Of a stretch of DNA of 64,000 nucleotides, positions 9,876 to 24,800 are shown piece after piece. The position numbers and the translations under genes are program-made. The DNA lies in assembly GCA_964016885.1 (NCBI GenBank), contig OZ024741.1, forward strand, positions 114,700,001 to 114,764,000. Direction: 5' to 3'. This DNA is from Eledone cirrhosa (taxonomy: Eukaryota). Positions within the stretch are counted from its first letter, which is position 1; every line of letters starts with the position of its first letter. The notes beneath the pieces were generated by a model. The model did not search any database. It saw nothing but the letters and a program-made list of their open reading frames with translations, and had not been told where the DNA came from.

Positions 9876-12800
9876 AGTTTTAAACCTCCACCTGGATTTT
9901 GGGTAACTTTAGCATAGTCCACTCTGTTTAATATCAACACTATCTAGCCCTTGGGTACCTTTAACAGAGCTCACTCTGCTTAATACCACCACCTAGTCCT
10001 TGGGTAACTTTAACAGAGCTCACTCTGCTTAAAACCACCACCTGGTCCTTGGGTAACTTTAACAGATTTCACCCTGCTTAACACAACCACCTGGTTGTTG
10101 GGTACCTTTAACAGCTGTCACACTGTTTAATTCCACCACTTAGCCTTGGGTACCTTTAGCAGGGTTCACATTACTTAACACCACCACGTGGCCCTTGGGT
10201 ACCTTTTGTAGAGTTTATCCTGTTTAACTCCACCAGCTAGATTTAAATGTCTTTAGTAGAGTCCACACTATTTAACACTACCACCTGGTCCCTGGCTAGA
10301 TTTAGCAGAGTCCGCACTGTTTAACACTACCACTTAGTCCCTGGCTACCTTTAGTGGAGTCCACACTGTTTAACACTACCACTTAGTCCCTGGCTACCTT
10401 TAGTGGAGTCCACACTGTTTAACACTACCACTTAGTCCCTGGCTACCTTTAGTGGAGTCCACACTGTTTAACACTACCACCTGGTCCCTGGCTACCTTTA
10501 GTGGAGTCCACACTGTTTAACACTACCACCTGGTCCCTGGCTACCTTTAGTGGAGTCCACACTGTTTAACACTACCACTTAGTCTCTGGCTACCTTTAGT
10601 GGAGTCCACACTGTTTAACACTACCACTTAGTCCCTGGCTACCTTTAGTGGAGTCCACACTGTTTAACACTACCACCTGGTCCCTGGCTAGATTTAGCAG
10701 AGTCCGCACTGTTTAACACTACCACTTAGTCCCTGGCTACCTTTAGTGGAGTCCACACTGTTTAACACTACCACCTGGTCCCTGGCTACCTTTAGTGGAG
10801 TCCACACTGTTTAACACTACCACTTAGTCCCTGGCTACCTTTAGTGGAGTCCACACTGTTTAACACTACCACCTGGTCCCTGGCTACCTTTAGTGGAGTC
10901 CACACTGTTTAACACTACCACTTAGTCCCTGGCTACCTTTAGTGGAGTCCACACTGTTTAACACTACCACCTGGTCCCTGGCTACCTTTAGTGGAGTCCA
11001 CACTGTTTAACACTACCACCTGGTCCCTGGCTACCTTTAGTGGAGTCCACACTGTTTAACACTACCACCTGGTCCCTGGCTACCTTTAGTGGAGTCCACA
11101 CTGTTTAACACTACCACCTGGTCCCTGGCTACCTTTAGTGGAGTCCACACTGTTTAACACTACCACTTAGTCCCTGGCTACCTTTAGCAGAGTCCGCACT
11201 GTTTAACACTACCACTTAGTCCCTGGCTACCTTTAGTGGAGTCCACACTGTTTAACACTACCACTTAGTCCCTGGCTACCTTTAGTGGAGTCCACACTGT
11301 TTAACACTACCACCTGGTCCCTGGCTACCTTTAGTGGAGTCCACACTGTTTAACACTACCACTTAGTCCCTGGCTACCTTTAGTGGAGTCCACACTGTTT
11401 AACACTACCACCTGGTCCCTGGCTACCTTTAGTGGAGTCCACACTGTTTAACACTACCACCTGGTCCCTGGCTACCTTTAGTGGAGTCCACACTGTTTAA
11501 CACTACCACCTGGTCCCTGGCTACCTTTAGTGGAGTCCACACTGTTTAACACTACCACTTAGTCCCTGGCTACCTTTAGCAGAGTCCGCACTGTTTAACA
11601 CTACCACTTAGTCCCTGGCTACCTTTAGTGGAGTCCACACTGTTTAACACTACCACTTAGTCCCTGGCTACCTTTAGTGGAGTCCACACTGTTTAACACT
11701 ACCACCTGGTCCCTGGCTACCTTTAGTGGAGTCCACACTGTTTAACACTACCACTTAGTCCCTGGCTACCTTTAGTGGAGTCCACACTGTTTAACACTAC
11801 CACCTGGTCCCTGGCTACCTTTAGTGGAGTCCACACTGTTTAACACTACCACCTGGTCCCTGGCTACCTTTAGTGGAGTCCACACTGTTTAACACTACCA
11901 CCTGGTCCCTGGCTACCTTTAGTGGAGTCCACACTGTTTAACACTACCACTTAGTCCCTGGCTACCTTTAGCAGAGTCCGCACTGTTTAACACTACCACT
12001 TAGTCCCTGGCTACCTTTAGTGGAGTCCACACTGTTTAACACTACCACTTAGTCTCTGGCTACCTTTAGTGGAGTCCACACTGTTTAACACTACCACTTA
12101 GTCCCTGGCTACCTTTAGTGGAGTCCACACTGTTTAACACTACCACCTGGTCCCTGGCTACCTTTAGTGGAGTCCACACTGTTTAACACTACCACCTGGT
12201 CCCTGGCTACCTTTAGTGGAGTCCACACTGTTTAACACTACCACTTAGTCTCTGGCTACCTTTAGTGGAGTCCACACTGTTTAACACTACCACTTAGTCC
12301 CTGGCTACCTTTAGTGGAGTCCACACTGTTTAACACTACCACTTAGTCCCTGGCTACCTTTAGCAGAGTCCGCACTGTTTAACACTACCACTTAGTCCCT
12401 GGCTACCTTTAGTGGAGTCCACACTGTTTAACACTACCACTTAGTCCCTGGCTACCTTTAGTGGAGTCCACACTGTTTAACACTACCACCTGGTCCCTGG
12501 CTACCTTTAGTGGAGTCCACACTGATTGACACTACCACTTAGTCCCTGGCTACCTTTAGTGGAGTCCACACTGTTTAACACTACCACTTAGTCCCTGGCT
12601 ACCTTTAGTGGAGTCCACACTGTTTAACACTACCACTTAGTCCCTGGCTACCTTTAGTGGAGTCCACACTGTTTAACACTACCACTTAGTCCCTGGCTAC
12701 CTTTAGTGGAGTCCACACTGTTTAACACTACCACTTAGCCCCTGGCTACCTTTAGTGGAGTCCACACTGTTTAACACTACCACCTGGTCCCTGGCTACCT

Positions 12801-15800
12801 TTAGTGGAGTCCACACTGTTTAACACTACCACTTAGCCCCTGGCTACCTTTAGTGGAGTCCACACTGTTTAACACTACCACTTAGCCCCTGGCTACCTTT
12901 AGTGGAGTCCACACTGTTTAACACTACCACCTGGTCCCTGGCTACCTTTAGTGGAGTCCACACTGTTTAACACTACCACCTGGTCCCTGGCTACCTTTAG
13001 TGGAGTCCACACTGTTTAACACTACCACTTAGCCCCTGGCTACCTTTAGTGGAGTCCACACTGTTTAACACTACCACTTAGCCCCTGGCTACCTTTAGTG
13101 GAGTCCACACTGTTTAACACTACCACTTAGCCCCTGGCTACCTTTAGTGGAGTCCACACTGTTTAACACTACCACCTGGTCCCTGGCTACCTTTAGTGGA
13201 GTCCACACTGTTTAACACTACCACCTGGTCCCTGGCTACCTTTAGTGGAGTCCACACTGTTTAACACTATCACCTGGTCCCTGGCTACCTTTAGTGGAGT
13301 CCACACTGTTTAACACTACCACCTGGTCCCTGGCTACCTTTAGTGGAGTCCACACTGTTTAACACTATCACCTGGTCCCTGGCTACCTTTAGTGGAGTCC
13401 ACACTGTTTAACACTACCACTTAGCCCCTGGCTACCTTTAGTGGAGTCCACACTGTTTAACACTACCACCTGTTCCCTGGCTACCTTTAGTGGATTCCAC
13501 ACTGTTTAACACTACCACCTGGTCCCTGGCTACCTTTAGTGGAGTCCACACTGTTTAACACTACCACTTAGTCCCTGGCTACCTTTAGTGGAGTCCACAC
13601 TGTTTAACACTACCACTTAGTCCCTGGCTACCTTTAGTGGAGTCCGCACTGTTTAACACTACCACCTGGTCCCTGGCTACCTTTAGCGGAGACAACACTG
13701 TTTAACACTACCACTTAGTCCCTGGCTACCTTTAGCGGAGTCCACACTGTTTAACACTACCACTTAGTCCCTGGCTACCTTTAGTGGAGTCCACACTGTT
13801 TAACACTACCACCTGGTCCCTGGCTACCTTTAGCGGAGTCCACACTGTTTAACACTACCACTTAGTCCCTGGCTACCTTTAGTGGAGTCCACACTGTTTA
13901 ACACTACCACTTAGTCCCTGGCTACCTTTAGTGGAGTCCACACTGTTTAACACTACCACCTGGTCCCTGGCTACCTTTAGTGGAGTCCACACTGTTTAAC
14001 ACTACCACTTAGTCCCTGGCTACCTTTAGTGGAGTCCACACTGTTTAACACTACCACCTGGTCCCTGGCTACCTTTAGTGGAGTCCACACTGTTTAACAC
14101 TACCACCTGGTCCCTGGCTACCTTTAGTGGAGTCCACACTGTTTAACACTACCACCTGGTCCCTGGCTACCTTTAGTGGAGTCCACACTGTTTAACACTA
14201 CCAATTAGTCCCTGGCTACCTTTAGTGGAGTCCACACTGTTGAACACTACCACCTGGTCCCTGGCTACCTTTAGTGGAGTCCACACTGTTTAACACTACC
14301 ACCTGGTCCCTGGCTACCTTTAGTGGAGTCCACACTGTTTAACACTACCACCTGGTCCCTGGCTACCTTTAGTGGAGTCCACACTGTTTAACACTACCAC
14401 TTAGTCTCTGGCTACCTTTAGTGGAGTCCACACTGTTTAACACTACCACTTAGTCCCTGGCTACCTTTAGCGGAGTCCACACTGTTTAACACTACCACCT
14501 GGTCCCTGGCTACCCTTAGTGGAGTCCACACTGTTTAACACCACCACCTGGTCCCTGGCTACCTTTAGTTGAGTCCACACTGTTTAACACTACCACTTAG
14601 TCTCTGGCTACCTTTAGTGGAGTCCACACTGTTTAACACTACCACCTGGTCCCTGGCTACCTTTAGTGGAGTCCACACTGTTTAACACTACCACCTGGTT
14701 CCTGGCTACCTTTAGTGGAGTCCACACTGTTTAACACTACCACCTGGTCCCTGGCTACCTTTAGTGGAGTCCACACTGTTTAACACTACCACTTAGTCCC
14801 TGGCTACCTTTAGTGGAGTCCACACTGTTTAACACTACCACTTAGTCCCTGGCTACCTTTAGTGGAGTCCACACTGTTTAACACTACCACTTAGCCCCTG
14901 GCTACCTTTAGCGGAGTCCACACTGTTTAACACTACCACTTAGTCCCTGGCTACCTTTAGTGGAGTCCACACTGTTTAACACTACCACTTAGTCCCTGGG
15001 TACCTTTAGTGGAGTCCACACTGTTTAACACTACCACTTAGCACCTGGCTACCTTTAGCGGAGTCCACACTGTTTAACACTACCACTTAGTCCCTGGCTA
15101 CCTTTAGTGGAGTCCACACTGTTTAACACTACCACCTGGTCCCTGGCTATTTTTAGTGGAGTCCACACTGTTTAACACTACCACTTAGTCCCTGGCTACC
15201 TTTAGTGGAGTCCACACTGTTTAACACTACCACTTAGCCCCTGGCTACCTTTAGCGGAGTCCACACTGTTTAACACTACCACTTAGTCCCTGGCTACCTT
15301 TAGTGGAGTCCACACTGTTTAACACTACCACTTAGTCCCTGGGTACCTTTAGTGGAGTCCACACTGTTTAACACTACCACTTAGCCCCTGGCTACCTTTA
15401 GCGGAGTCCACACTGTTTAACACTACCACTTAGTCCCTGGCTACCTTTAGTGGAGTCCACACTGTTTAACACTACCACCTGGTCCCTGGCTACCTTTAGT
15501 GGAGTCCACACTGTTTAACACTACCACTTAGTCCCTGGCTACCTTTAGTGGAGTCCACACTGTTTAACACTACCACCTGGTCCCTGGGTACTTTTAGTGG
15601 AGTCCACACTGTTTAACACTACCACCTGGTCCCTGGCTACCTTTAGTGGAGTCCACACTGTTTAACACTACCACCTGGTCCCTGGCTACCTTTAGTGGAG
15701 TCCACACTGTTTAACACTACCACCTGGTCCCTGGCTACCTTTAGTGGAGTCCACACTGTTTAACACTACCACCTGGTCCCTGGCTACCTTTAGTGGAGTC

Positions 15801-18800
15801 CACACTGTTTAACACTACCACCTGGTCCCTGGCTACCTTTAGTGGAGTCCACACTGTTTAACACTACCAATTAGTCCCTGGCTACCTTTAGTGGAGTCCA
15901 CACTGTTGAACACTACCACCTGGTCCCTGGCTACCTTTAGTGGAGTCCACACTGTTTAACACTACCACCTGGTCCCTGGCTACCTTTAGTGGAGTCCACA
16001 CTGTTTAACACTACCACCTGGTCCCTGGCTACCTTTAGTGGAGTCCACACTGTTTAACACTACCACTTAGTCTCTGGCTACCTTTAGTGGAGTCCACACT
16101 GTTTAACACTACCACTTAGTCCCTGGCTACCTTTAGCGGAGTCCACACTGTTTAACACTACCACCTGGTCCCTGGCTACCCTTAGTGGAGTCCACACTGT
16201 TTAACACCACCACCTGGTCCCTGGCTACCTTTAGTTGAGTCCACACTGTTTAACACTACCACTTAGTCTCTGGCTACCTTTAGTGGAGTCCACACTGTTT
16301 AACACTACCACCTGGTCCCTGGCTACCTTTAGTGGAGTCCACACTGTTTAACACTACCACCTGGTCCCTGGCTACCTTTAGTGGAGTCCACACTGTTTAA
16401 CACTACCACCTGGTCCCTGGCTACCTTTAGTGGAGTCCACACTGTTTAACACTACCACTTAGTCTCTGGCTACCTTTAGTGGAGTCCACACTGTTTAACA
16501 CTACCACTTAGTCCCTGGCTACCTTTAGCGGAGTCCACACTGTTTAACACTACCACCTGGTCCCTGGCTACCCTTAGTGGAGTCCACACTGTTTAACACC
16601 ACCACCTGGTCCCTGGCTACCTTTAGTTGAGTCCACACTGTTTAACACTACCACTTAGTCTCTGGCTACCTTTAGTGGAGTCCACACTGTTTAACACTAC
16701 CACCTGGTCCCTGGCTACCTTTAGTGGAGTCCACACTGTTTAACACTACCACCTGGTTCCTGGCTACCTTTAGTGGAGTCCACACTGTTTAACACTACCA
16801 CCTGGTCCCTGGCTACCTTTAGTGGAGTCCACACTGTTTAACACTACCACTTAGTCCCTGGCTACCTTTAGTGGAGTCCACACTGTTTAACACTACCACC
16901 TGGTTCCTGGCTACCTTCAGTGGAGTCCACACTGTTTAACACTACCACTTAGCCCCTGGCTACCTTTAGCGGAGTCCACACTGTTTAACACTACCACTTA
17001 GCCCCTGGCTACCTTTAGCGGAGTCCACACTGTTTAACACTACCACTTAGTCCCTGGCTACCTTTAGCGGAGTCCACACTGTTTAACACTACCACTTAGT
17101 CCCTGGCTACCTTTAGTGGAGTCCACACTGTTTAACACTACCACTTAGTCCCTGGGTACCTTTAGTGGAGTCCACACTGTTTAACACTACCACTTAGCCC
17201 CTGGCTACCTTTAGCGGAGTCCACACTGTTTAACACTACCACTTAGTCCCTGGCTACCTTTAGTGGAGTCCACACTGTTTAACACTACCACCTGGTCCCT
17301 GGCTACCTTTAGTGGAGTCCACACTGTTTAACACTACCACTTAGTCCCTGGCTACCTTTAGTGGAGTCCACACTGTTTAACACTACCACCTGGTCCCTGG
17401 CTACCTTTAGTGGAGTCCACACTGTTTAACACTACCACTTAGTCCCTGGCTACCTTTAGTGGAGTCCACACTGTTTAACACTACCACCTGGTCCCTGGGT
17501 ACTTTTAGTGGAGTCCACACTGTTTAACACTACCACCTGGTCCCCGGCTACCTTTAGTGGAGTCCACACTGTTTAACACTACCACCTGGTCCCTGGCTAC
17601 CTTTAGTGGAGTCCACACTGTTTAACACTACCACTTAGTCCCTGGCTACCTTTAGTGGAGTCCACACTGTTTAACACTACCACTTAGCCCCTGGCTACCT
17701 TTAGTGGAGTCCACACTGTTTAACACTACCACCTGGTCCCCGGCTACCTTTAGTGGAGTCCACACTGTTTAACACTACCACCTGGTCCCTGGCTACCTTT
17801 AGTGGAGTCCACACTGTTTAACACTACCACTTAGTCCCTGGCTACCTTTAGTGGAGTCCACACTGTTTAACACTACCACTTAGCCCCTGGCTACCTTTAG
17901 TGGAGTCCACACTGTTTAACACTACCACCTGGTCCCTGGCTACCTTTAGTGGAGTCCACACTGTTTAACACTACCACTTAGTCCCTGGCTACCTTTAGTG
18001 GAGTCCACACTGTTTAACACTACCACTTAGTCCCTGGCTACCTTTAGTGGAGTCCACACTGTTTAACACTACCACTTAGTCCCTGGCTACCTTTAGTGGA
18101 GTCCACACTGTTTAACACTACCACTTAGTCCCTGGCTACCTTTAGTGGAGTCCACACTGTTTAACACTACCACTTAGTCCCTGGCTACCTTTAGTGGAGT
18201 CCACACTGTTTAACACTACCACTTAGTCCCTGGCTACCTTTAGTGGAGTCCACACTGTTTAACACTACCACCTGGTCCCTGGCTACCTTTAGTGGAGTCC
18301 ACACTGTTTAACACTACCACTTAGTCCCTGGCTACCTTTAGTGGAGTCCAAACTGTTTAACACTACCACTTAGTCCCTGGCTACCTTTAGCGGAGTCCAC
18401 ACTGTTTAACACTACCACTTAGTCCCTGGCTACCTTTAGTGGAGTCCACACTGTTTAACACTACCACTTAGTCCCTGGCTACCTTTAGTGGAGTCCACAC
18501 TGTTTAACACTACCACCCGGTCCCTGGCTACCTTTAGTGGAGTCCACACTGTTTAACACTACCACTTAGTCCCTGGCTACCTTTAGTGGAGTCCACACTG
18601 TTTAACACTACCACTTAGTCCCTGGGTACCTTTAGTGGAGTCCACACTGTTTAACACTACCACTTAGCCCCTGGCTACCTTTAGCGGAGTCCACACTGTT
18701 TAACACTACCACTTAGTCCCTGGCTACCTTTAGTGGAGTCCACACTGTTTAACACTACCACCTGGTCCCTGGCTACCTTTAGTGGAGTCCACACTGTTTA

Positions 18801-21800
18801 ACACTACCACTTAGTCCCTGGCTACCTTTAGTGGAGTCCACACTGTTTAACACTACCACCTGGTCCCTGGCTACCTTTAGTGGAGTCCACACTGTTTAAC
18901 ACTACCACTTAGTCCCTGGCTACCTTTAGTGGAGTCCACACTGTTTAACACTACCACCTGGTCCCTGGGTACTTTTAGTGGAGTCCACACTGTTTAACAC
19001 TACCACCTGGTCCCCGGCTACCTTTATTGGAGTCCACACTGTTTAACACTACCACCTGGTCCCTGGCTACCTTTAGTGGAGTCCACACTGTTTAACACTA
19101 CCACTTAGTCCCTGGCTACCTTTAGTGGAGTCCACACTGTTTAACACTACCACTTAGCCCCTGGCTACCTTTAGTGGAGTCCACACTGTTTAACACTACC
19201 ACCTGGTCCCCGGCTACCTTTAGTGGAGTCCACACTGTTTAACACTACCACCTGGTCCCTGGCTACCTTTAGTGGAGTCCACACTGTTTAACACTACCAC
19301 TTAGTCCCTGGCTACCTTTAGTGGAGTCCACACTGTTTAACACTACCACTTAGCCCCTGGCTACCTTTAGTGGAGTCCACACTGTTTAACACTACCACCT
19401 GGTCCCTGGCTACCTTTAGTGGAGTCCACACTGTTTAACACTACCACTTAGTCCCTGGCTACCTTTAGTGGAGTCCACACTGTTTAACACTACCACTTAG
19501 TCCCTGGCTACCTTTAGTGGAGTCCACACTGTTTAACACTACCACTTAGTCCCTGGCTACCTTTAGTGGAGTCCACACTGTTTAACACTACCACTTAGTC
19601 CCTGGCTACCTTTAGTGGAGTCCACACTGTTTAACACTACCACTTAGTCCCTGGCTACCTTTAGTGGAGTCCACACTGTTTAACACTACCACTTAGTCCC
19701 TGGCTACCTTTAGTGGAGTCCACACTGTTTAACACTACCACCTGGTCCCTGGCTACCTTTAGTGGAGTCCACACTGTTTAACACTACCACTTAGTCCCTG
19801 GCTACCTTTAGTGGAGTCCAAACTGTTTAACACTACCACTTAGTCCCTGGCTACCTTTAGCGGAGTCCACACTGTTTAACACTACCACTTAGTCCCTGGC
19901 TACCTTTAGTGGAGTCCACACTGTTTAACACTACCACTTAGTCCCTGGCTACCTTTAGTGGAGTCCACACTGTTTAACACTACCACCCGGTCCCTGGCTA
20001 CCTTTAGTGGAGTCCACACTGTTTAACACTACCACTTAGTCCCTGGCTACCTTTAGCGGAGTCCACACTGTTTAACACTACCACCTGGTCCCTGGCTACC
20101 TTTAGTGGAGTCCACACTGTTTAACACTACCACTTAGTCCCTGGCTACCTTTAGCGGAGTCCACACTGTTTAACACTACCACCTGGTCCCTGGCTACCTT
20201 TAGCGGAGTCCACACTGTTTAACACTACCATCTGGTCCCTGGCTACCTTTAGTGGAGTCCACACTGTTTAACACTACCACTTAGTCCCTGGCTACCTTTA
20301 GCGGAGTCCACACTGTTTAACACTACCACCTGGTCCCTGGCTACCTTTAGTGGAGTCCACACTGTTTAACACTACCACTTAGTCCCTGGCTACCTTTAGT
20401 GGAGTCCACACTGTTTAACACTACCACCTGGTCCCTGGGTACATTTAGTGGAGTCCACACTGTTTAACACTACCACCTGGTCCCTGGCTACCTTTAGTGG
20501 AGTCCACACTGTTTAACACTACCACTTAGTCCCTGGCTACCTTTAGTGGAGTCCACACTGTTTAACACTACCACTTAGCCCCTGGCTACCTTTAGTGGAG
20601 TCCACACTGTTTAACACTACCACCTGGTCCCCGGCTACCTTTAGTGGAGTCCACACTGTTTAACACTACCACCTGGTCCCTGGCTACCTTTAGTGGAGTC
20701 CACACTGTTTAACACTACCACTTAGTCCCTGGCTACCTTTAGTGGAGTCCACACTGTTTAACACTACCACTTAGCCCCTGGCTACCTTTAGTGGAGTCCA
20801 CACTGTTTAACACTACCACCTGGTCCCTGGCTACCTTTAGTGGAGTCCACACTGTTTAACACTACCACTTAGTCCCTGGCTACCTTTAGTGGAGTCCACA
20901 CTGTTTAACACTACCACTTAGTCCCTGGCTACCTTTAGTGGAGTCCACACTGTTTAACACTACCACTTAGTCCCTGGCTACCTTTAGTGGAGTCCGCACT
21001 GTTTAACACTACCACTTAGTCCCTGGCTACCTTTAGTGGAGTCCACACTGTTTAACACTACCACCTGGTCCCTGGCTACCTTTAGTGGAGTCCACACTGT
21101 TTAACACTACCACTTAGCCCCTGGCTACCTTTAGTGGAGTCCACACTGTTTAACACTACCACCTGGTCCCTGGCTACCTTTAGTGGAGTCCACACTGTTT
21201 AACACTACCACTTAGCCCCTGGCTACCTTTAGTGGAGTCCACACTGTTTAACACTACCACCTGGTCCCTGGCTACCTTTAGTGGAGTCCACACTGTTTAA
21301 CACTACCACTTAGCCCCTGGCTACCTTTAGTGGAGTCCACACTGTTTAACACTACCACCTGGTCCCTGGCTACCTTTAGTGGAGTCCACACTGTTTAACA
21401 CTACCACTTAGTCCCTGGCTACCTTTAGTGGAGTCCACACTGTTTAACACTACCACTTAGTCCCTGGCTACCTTTAGTGGAGTCCACACTGTTTAACACT
21501 ACCACTTAGTCCCTGGCTACCTTTAGTGGAGTCCACACTGTTTAACACTACCACTTAGTCCCTGGCTACCTTTAGTGGAGTCCACACTGTTTAACACTAC
21601 CACTTAGTCCCTGGCTACCTTTAGTGGAGTCCACACTGTTTAACACTACCACCTGGTCCCTGGCTACCTTTAGTGGAGTCCACACTGTTTAACACTACCA
21701 CTTAGTCCCTGGCTACCTTTAGTGGAGTCCACACTGTTTAACACTACCACTTAGTCCCTGGCTACCTTTAGCGGAGTCCACAGTGTTTAACACTACCACT

Positions 21801-24800
21801 TAGTCCCTGGCTACCTTTAGTGGAGTCCACACTGTTTAACACTACCACTTAGTCCCTGGCTACCTTTAGTGGAGTCCACACTGTTTAACACTACCACCTG
21901 GTTCCTGGCTACCTTTAGTGGAGTCCACACTGTTTAACACTACCACTTAGTCCCTGGCTACCTTTAGTGGAGTCCACACTGTTTAACACTACCACCTGGT
22001 CCCTGGCTACCTTTAGTGGAGTCCACACTGTTTAACACTACCACCTGGTCCCTGGCTACCTTTAGTGGAGTCCACACTGTTTAACACTACCACTTAGTCC
22101 CTGGCTACCTTTAGTGGAGTCCACACTGTTTAACACTACCACCTGGTCCCTGGCTACCTTTAGTGGAGTCCACACTGTTTAACACTACCACCTGGTCCCT
22201 GGCTACCTTTAGTGGAGTCCACACTGTTTAACACTACCACTTAGTCCCTGGCTACCTTTAGTGGAGTCCACACTGTTTAACACTACCACCTGGTCCCTGG
22301 CTACCTTTAGTGGAGTCCACACTGTTTAACACTACCACTTAGTCCCTGGCTACCTTTAGCGGAGTCCACACTGTTTAACACTACCATCTGGTCCCTGGCT
22401 ACCTTTAGTGGAGTCCACACTGTTTAACACTACCACTTAGTCCCTGGCTACCTTTAGCGGAGTCCACACTGTTTAACACTACCATCTGGTCCCTGGCTAC
22501 CTTTAGTGGAGTCCACACTGTTTAACACTACCACTTAGTCCCTGGCTACCTTTAGTGGAGTCCACACTGTTTAACACTACCACCTGGTCCCTGGCTACCT
22601 TTAGCGGAGTCCACACTGTTTAACACTACCACTTAGTCCCTGGCTACCTTTAGCGGAGTCCACACTGTTTAAGACTACCACCTGGTCCCTGGCTACCTTT
22701 AGTGGAGTCCACACTGTTTAACACTACCACCTGGTCCCTGGCTACCTTTAGCGGAGACAACACTGTTTAACACTACCACTTAGTCCCTGGCTACCTTTAG
22801 CGGAGTCCACACTGTTTAACACTACCACTTAGTCCCTGGCTACCTTTAGTGGAGTCCACACTGTTTAACACTACCACTTAGTCCCTGGCTACCTTTAGCG
22901 GAGTGCACACTGTTTAACACTACCACTTAGTCCCTGGCTACCTTTAGCGGAGTCCACACTGTTTAACACTACCACTTAGTCCCTGGCTACCTTTAGTGGA
23001 GTCCACACTGTTTAACACTACCACCTGGTCCCTGGCTACCTTTAGTGGAGTCCACACTGTTTAACACTACCACCTGGTCCCTGGCTACCTTTAGTGGAGT
23101 CCACACTGTTTAACACTACCACCTGGTGCCTGGCTACCTTTAGTGGAGTCCACACTGTTTAACACTACCACCTGGTCCCTGGCTACCTTTAGTGGAGTCC
23201 ACACTGTTTAACACTACCAATTAGTCCCTGGCTACCTTTAGTGGAGTCCACACTGTTGAACACTACCACCTGGTCCCTGGCTACCTTTAGTGGAGTCCAC
23301 ACTGTTTAACACTACCACCTGGTCCCTGGCTACCTTTAGTGGAGTCCACACTGTTTAACACTACCACCTGGTCCCTGGCTACCTTTAGTGGAGTCCACAC
23401 TGTTTAACACTACCACTTAGTCTCTGGCTACCTTTAGTGGAGTCCACACTGTTTAACACTACCACTTAGTCCCTGGCTACCTTTAGCGGAGTCCACACTG
23501 TTTAACACTACCACCTGGTCCCTGGGTACATTTAGTGGAGTCCACACTGTTTAACACTACCACTTAGTCCCTGGCTACCTTTAGTGGAGTCCACACTGTT
23601 TAACACTACCACCTGGTCCCTGGCTACCCTTAGTGGAGTCCACACTGTTTAACACTACCACCTGGTCCCTGGCTACCTTTAGTGGAGTCCACACTGTTTA
23701 ACACTACCACTTAGCCCCTGGCTACCTTTAGTGGAGTCCACACTGTTTAACACTACCACCTGGTCCCTGGCTACCTTTAGTGGAGTCCACACTGTTTAAC
23801 ACTACCACTTAGTCCCTGGCTACCTTTAGTGGAGTCCACACTGTTTAACACTACCACTTAGTCCCTGGCTACCTTTAGTGGAGTCCACACTGTTTAACAC
23901 TACCACTTAGTCCCTGGCTACCTTTAGTGGAGTCCACACTGTTTAACACTACCACTTAGTCCCTGGCTACCTTTAGTGGAGTCCACACTGTTTAACACTA
24001 CCACTTAGTCCCTGGCTACCTTTAGTGGAGTCCACACTGTTTAACACTACCACCTGGTCCCTGGCTACCTTTAGTGGAGTCCACACTGTTTAACACTACC
24101 ACTTAGTCCCTGGCTACCTTTAGTGGAGTCCACACTGTTTAACACTACCACTTAGTCCCTGGCTACCTTTAGCGGAGTCCACAGTGTTTAACACTACCAC
24201 TTAGTCCCTGGCTACCTTTAGTGGAGTCCACACTGTTTAACACTACCACTTAGTCCCTGGCTACCTTTAGTGGAGTCCACACTGTTTAACACTACCACCT
24301 GGTTCCTGGCTACCTTTAGTGGAGTCCACACTGTTTAACACTACCACTTAGTCCCTGGCTACCTTTAGTGGAGTCCACACTGTTTAACACTACCACCTGG
24401 TCCCTGGCTACCTTTAGTGGAGTCCACACTGTTTAACACTACCACCTGGTCCCTGGCTACCTTTAGTGGAGTCCACACTGTTTAACACTACCACTTAGTC
24501 CCTGGCTACCTTTAGTGGAGTCCACACTGTTTAACACTACCACCTGGTCCCTGGCTACCTTTAGTGGAGTCCACACTGTTTAACACTACCACCTGGTCCC
24601 TGGCTACCTTTAGTGGAGTCCACACTGTTTAACACTACCACTTAGTCCCTGGCTACCTTTAGTGGAGTCCACACTGTTTAACACTACCACCTGGTCCCTG
24701 GCTACCTTTAGTGGAGTCCACACTGTTTAACACTACCACTTAGTCCCTGGCTACCTTTAGCGGAGTCCACACTGTTTAACACTACCATCTGGTCCCTGGC

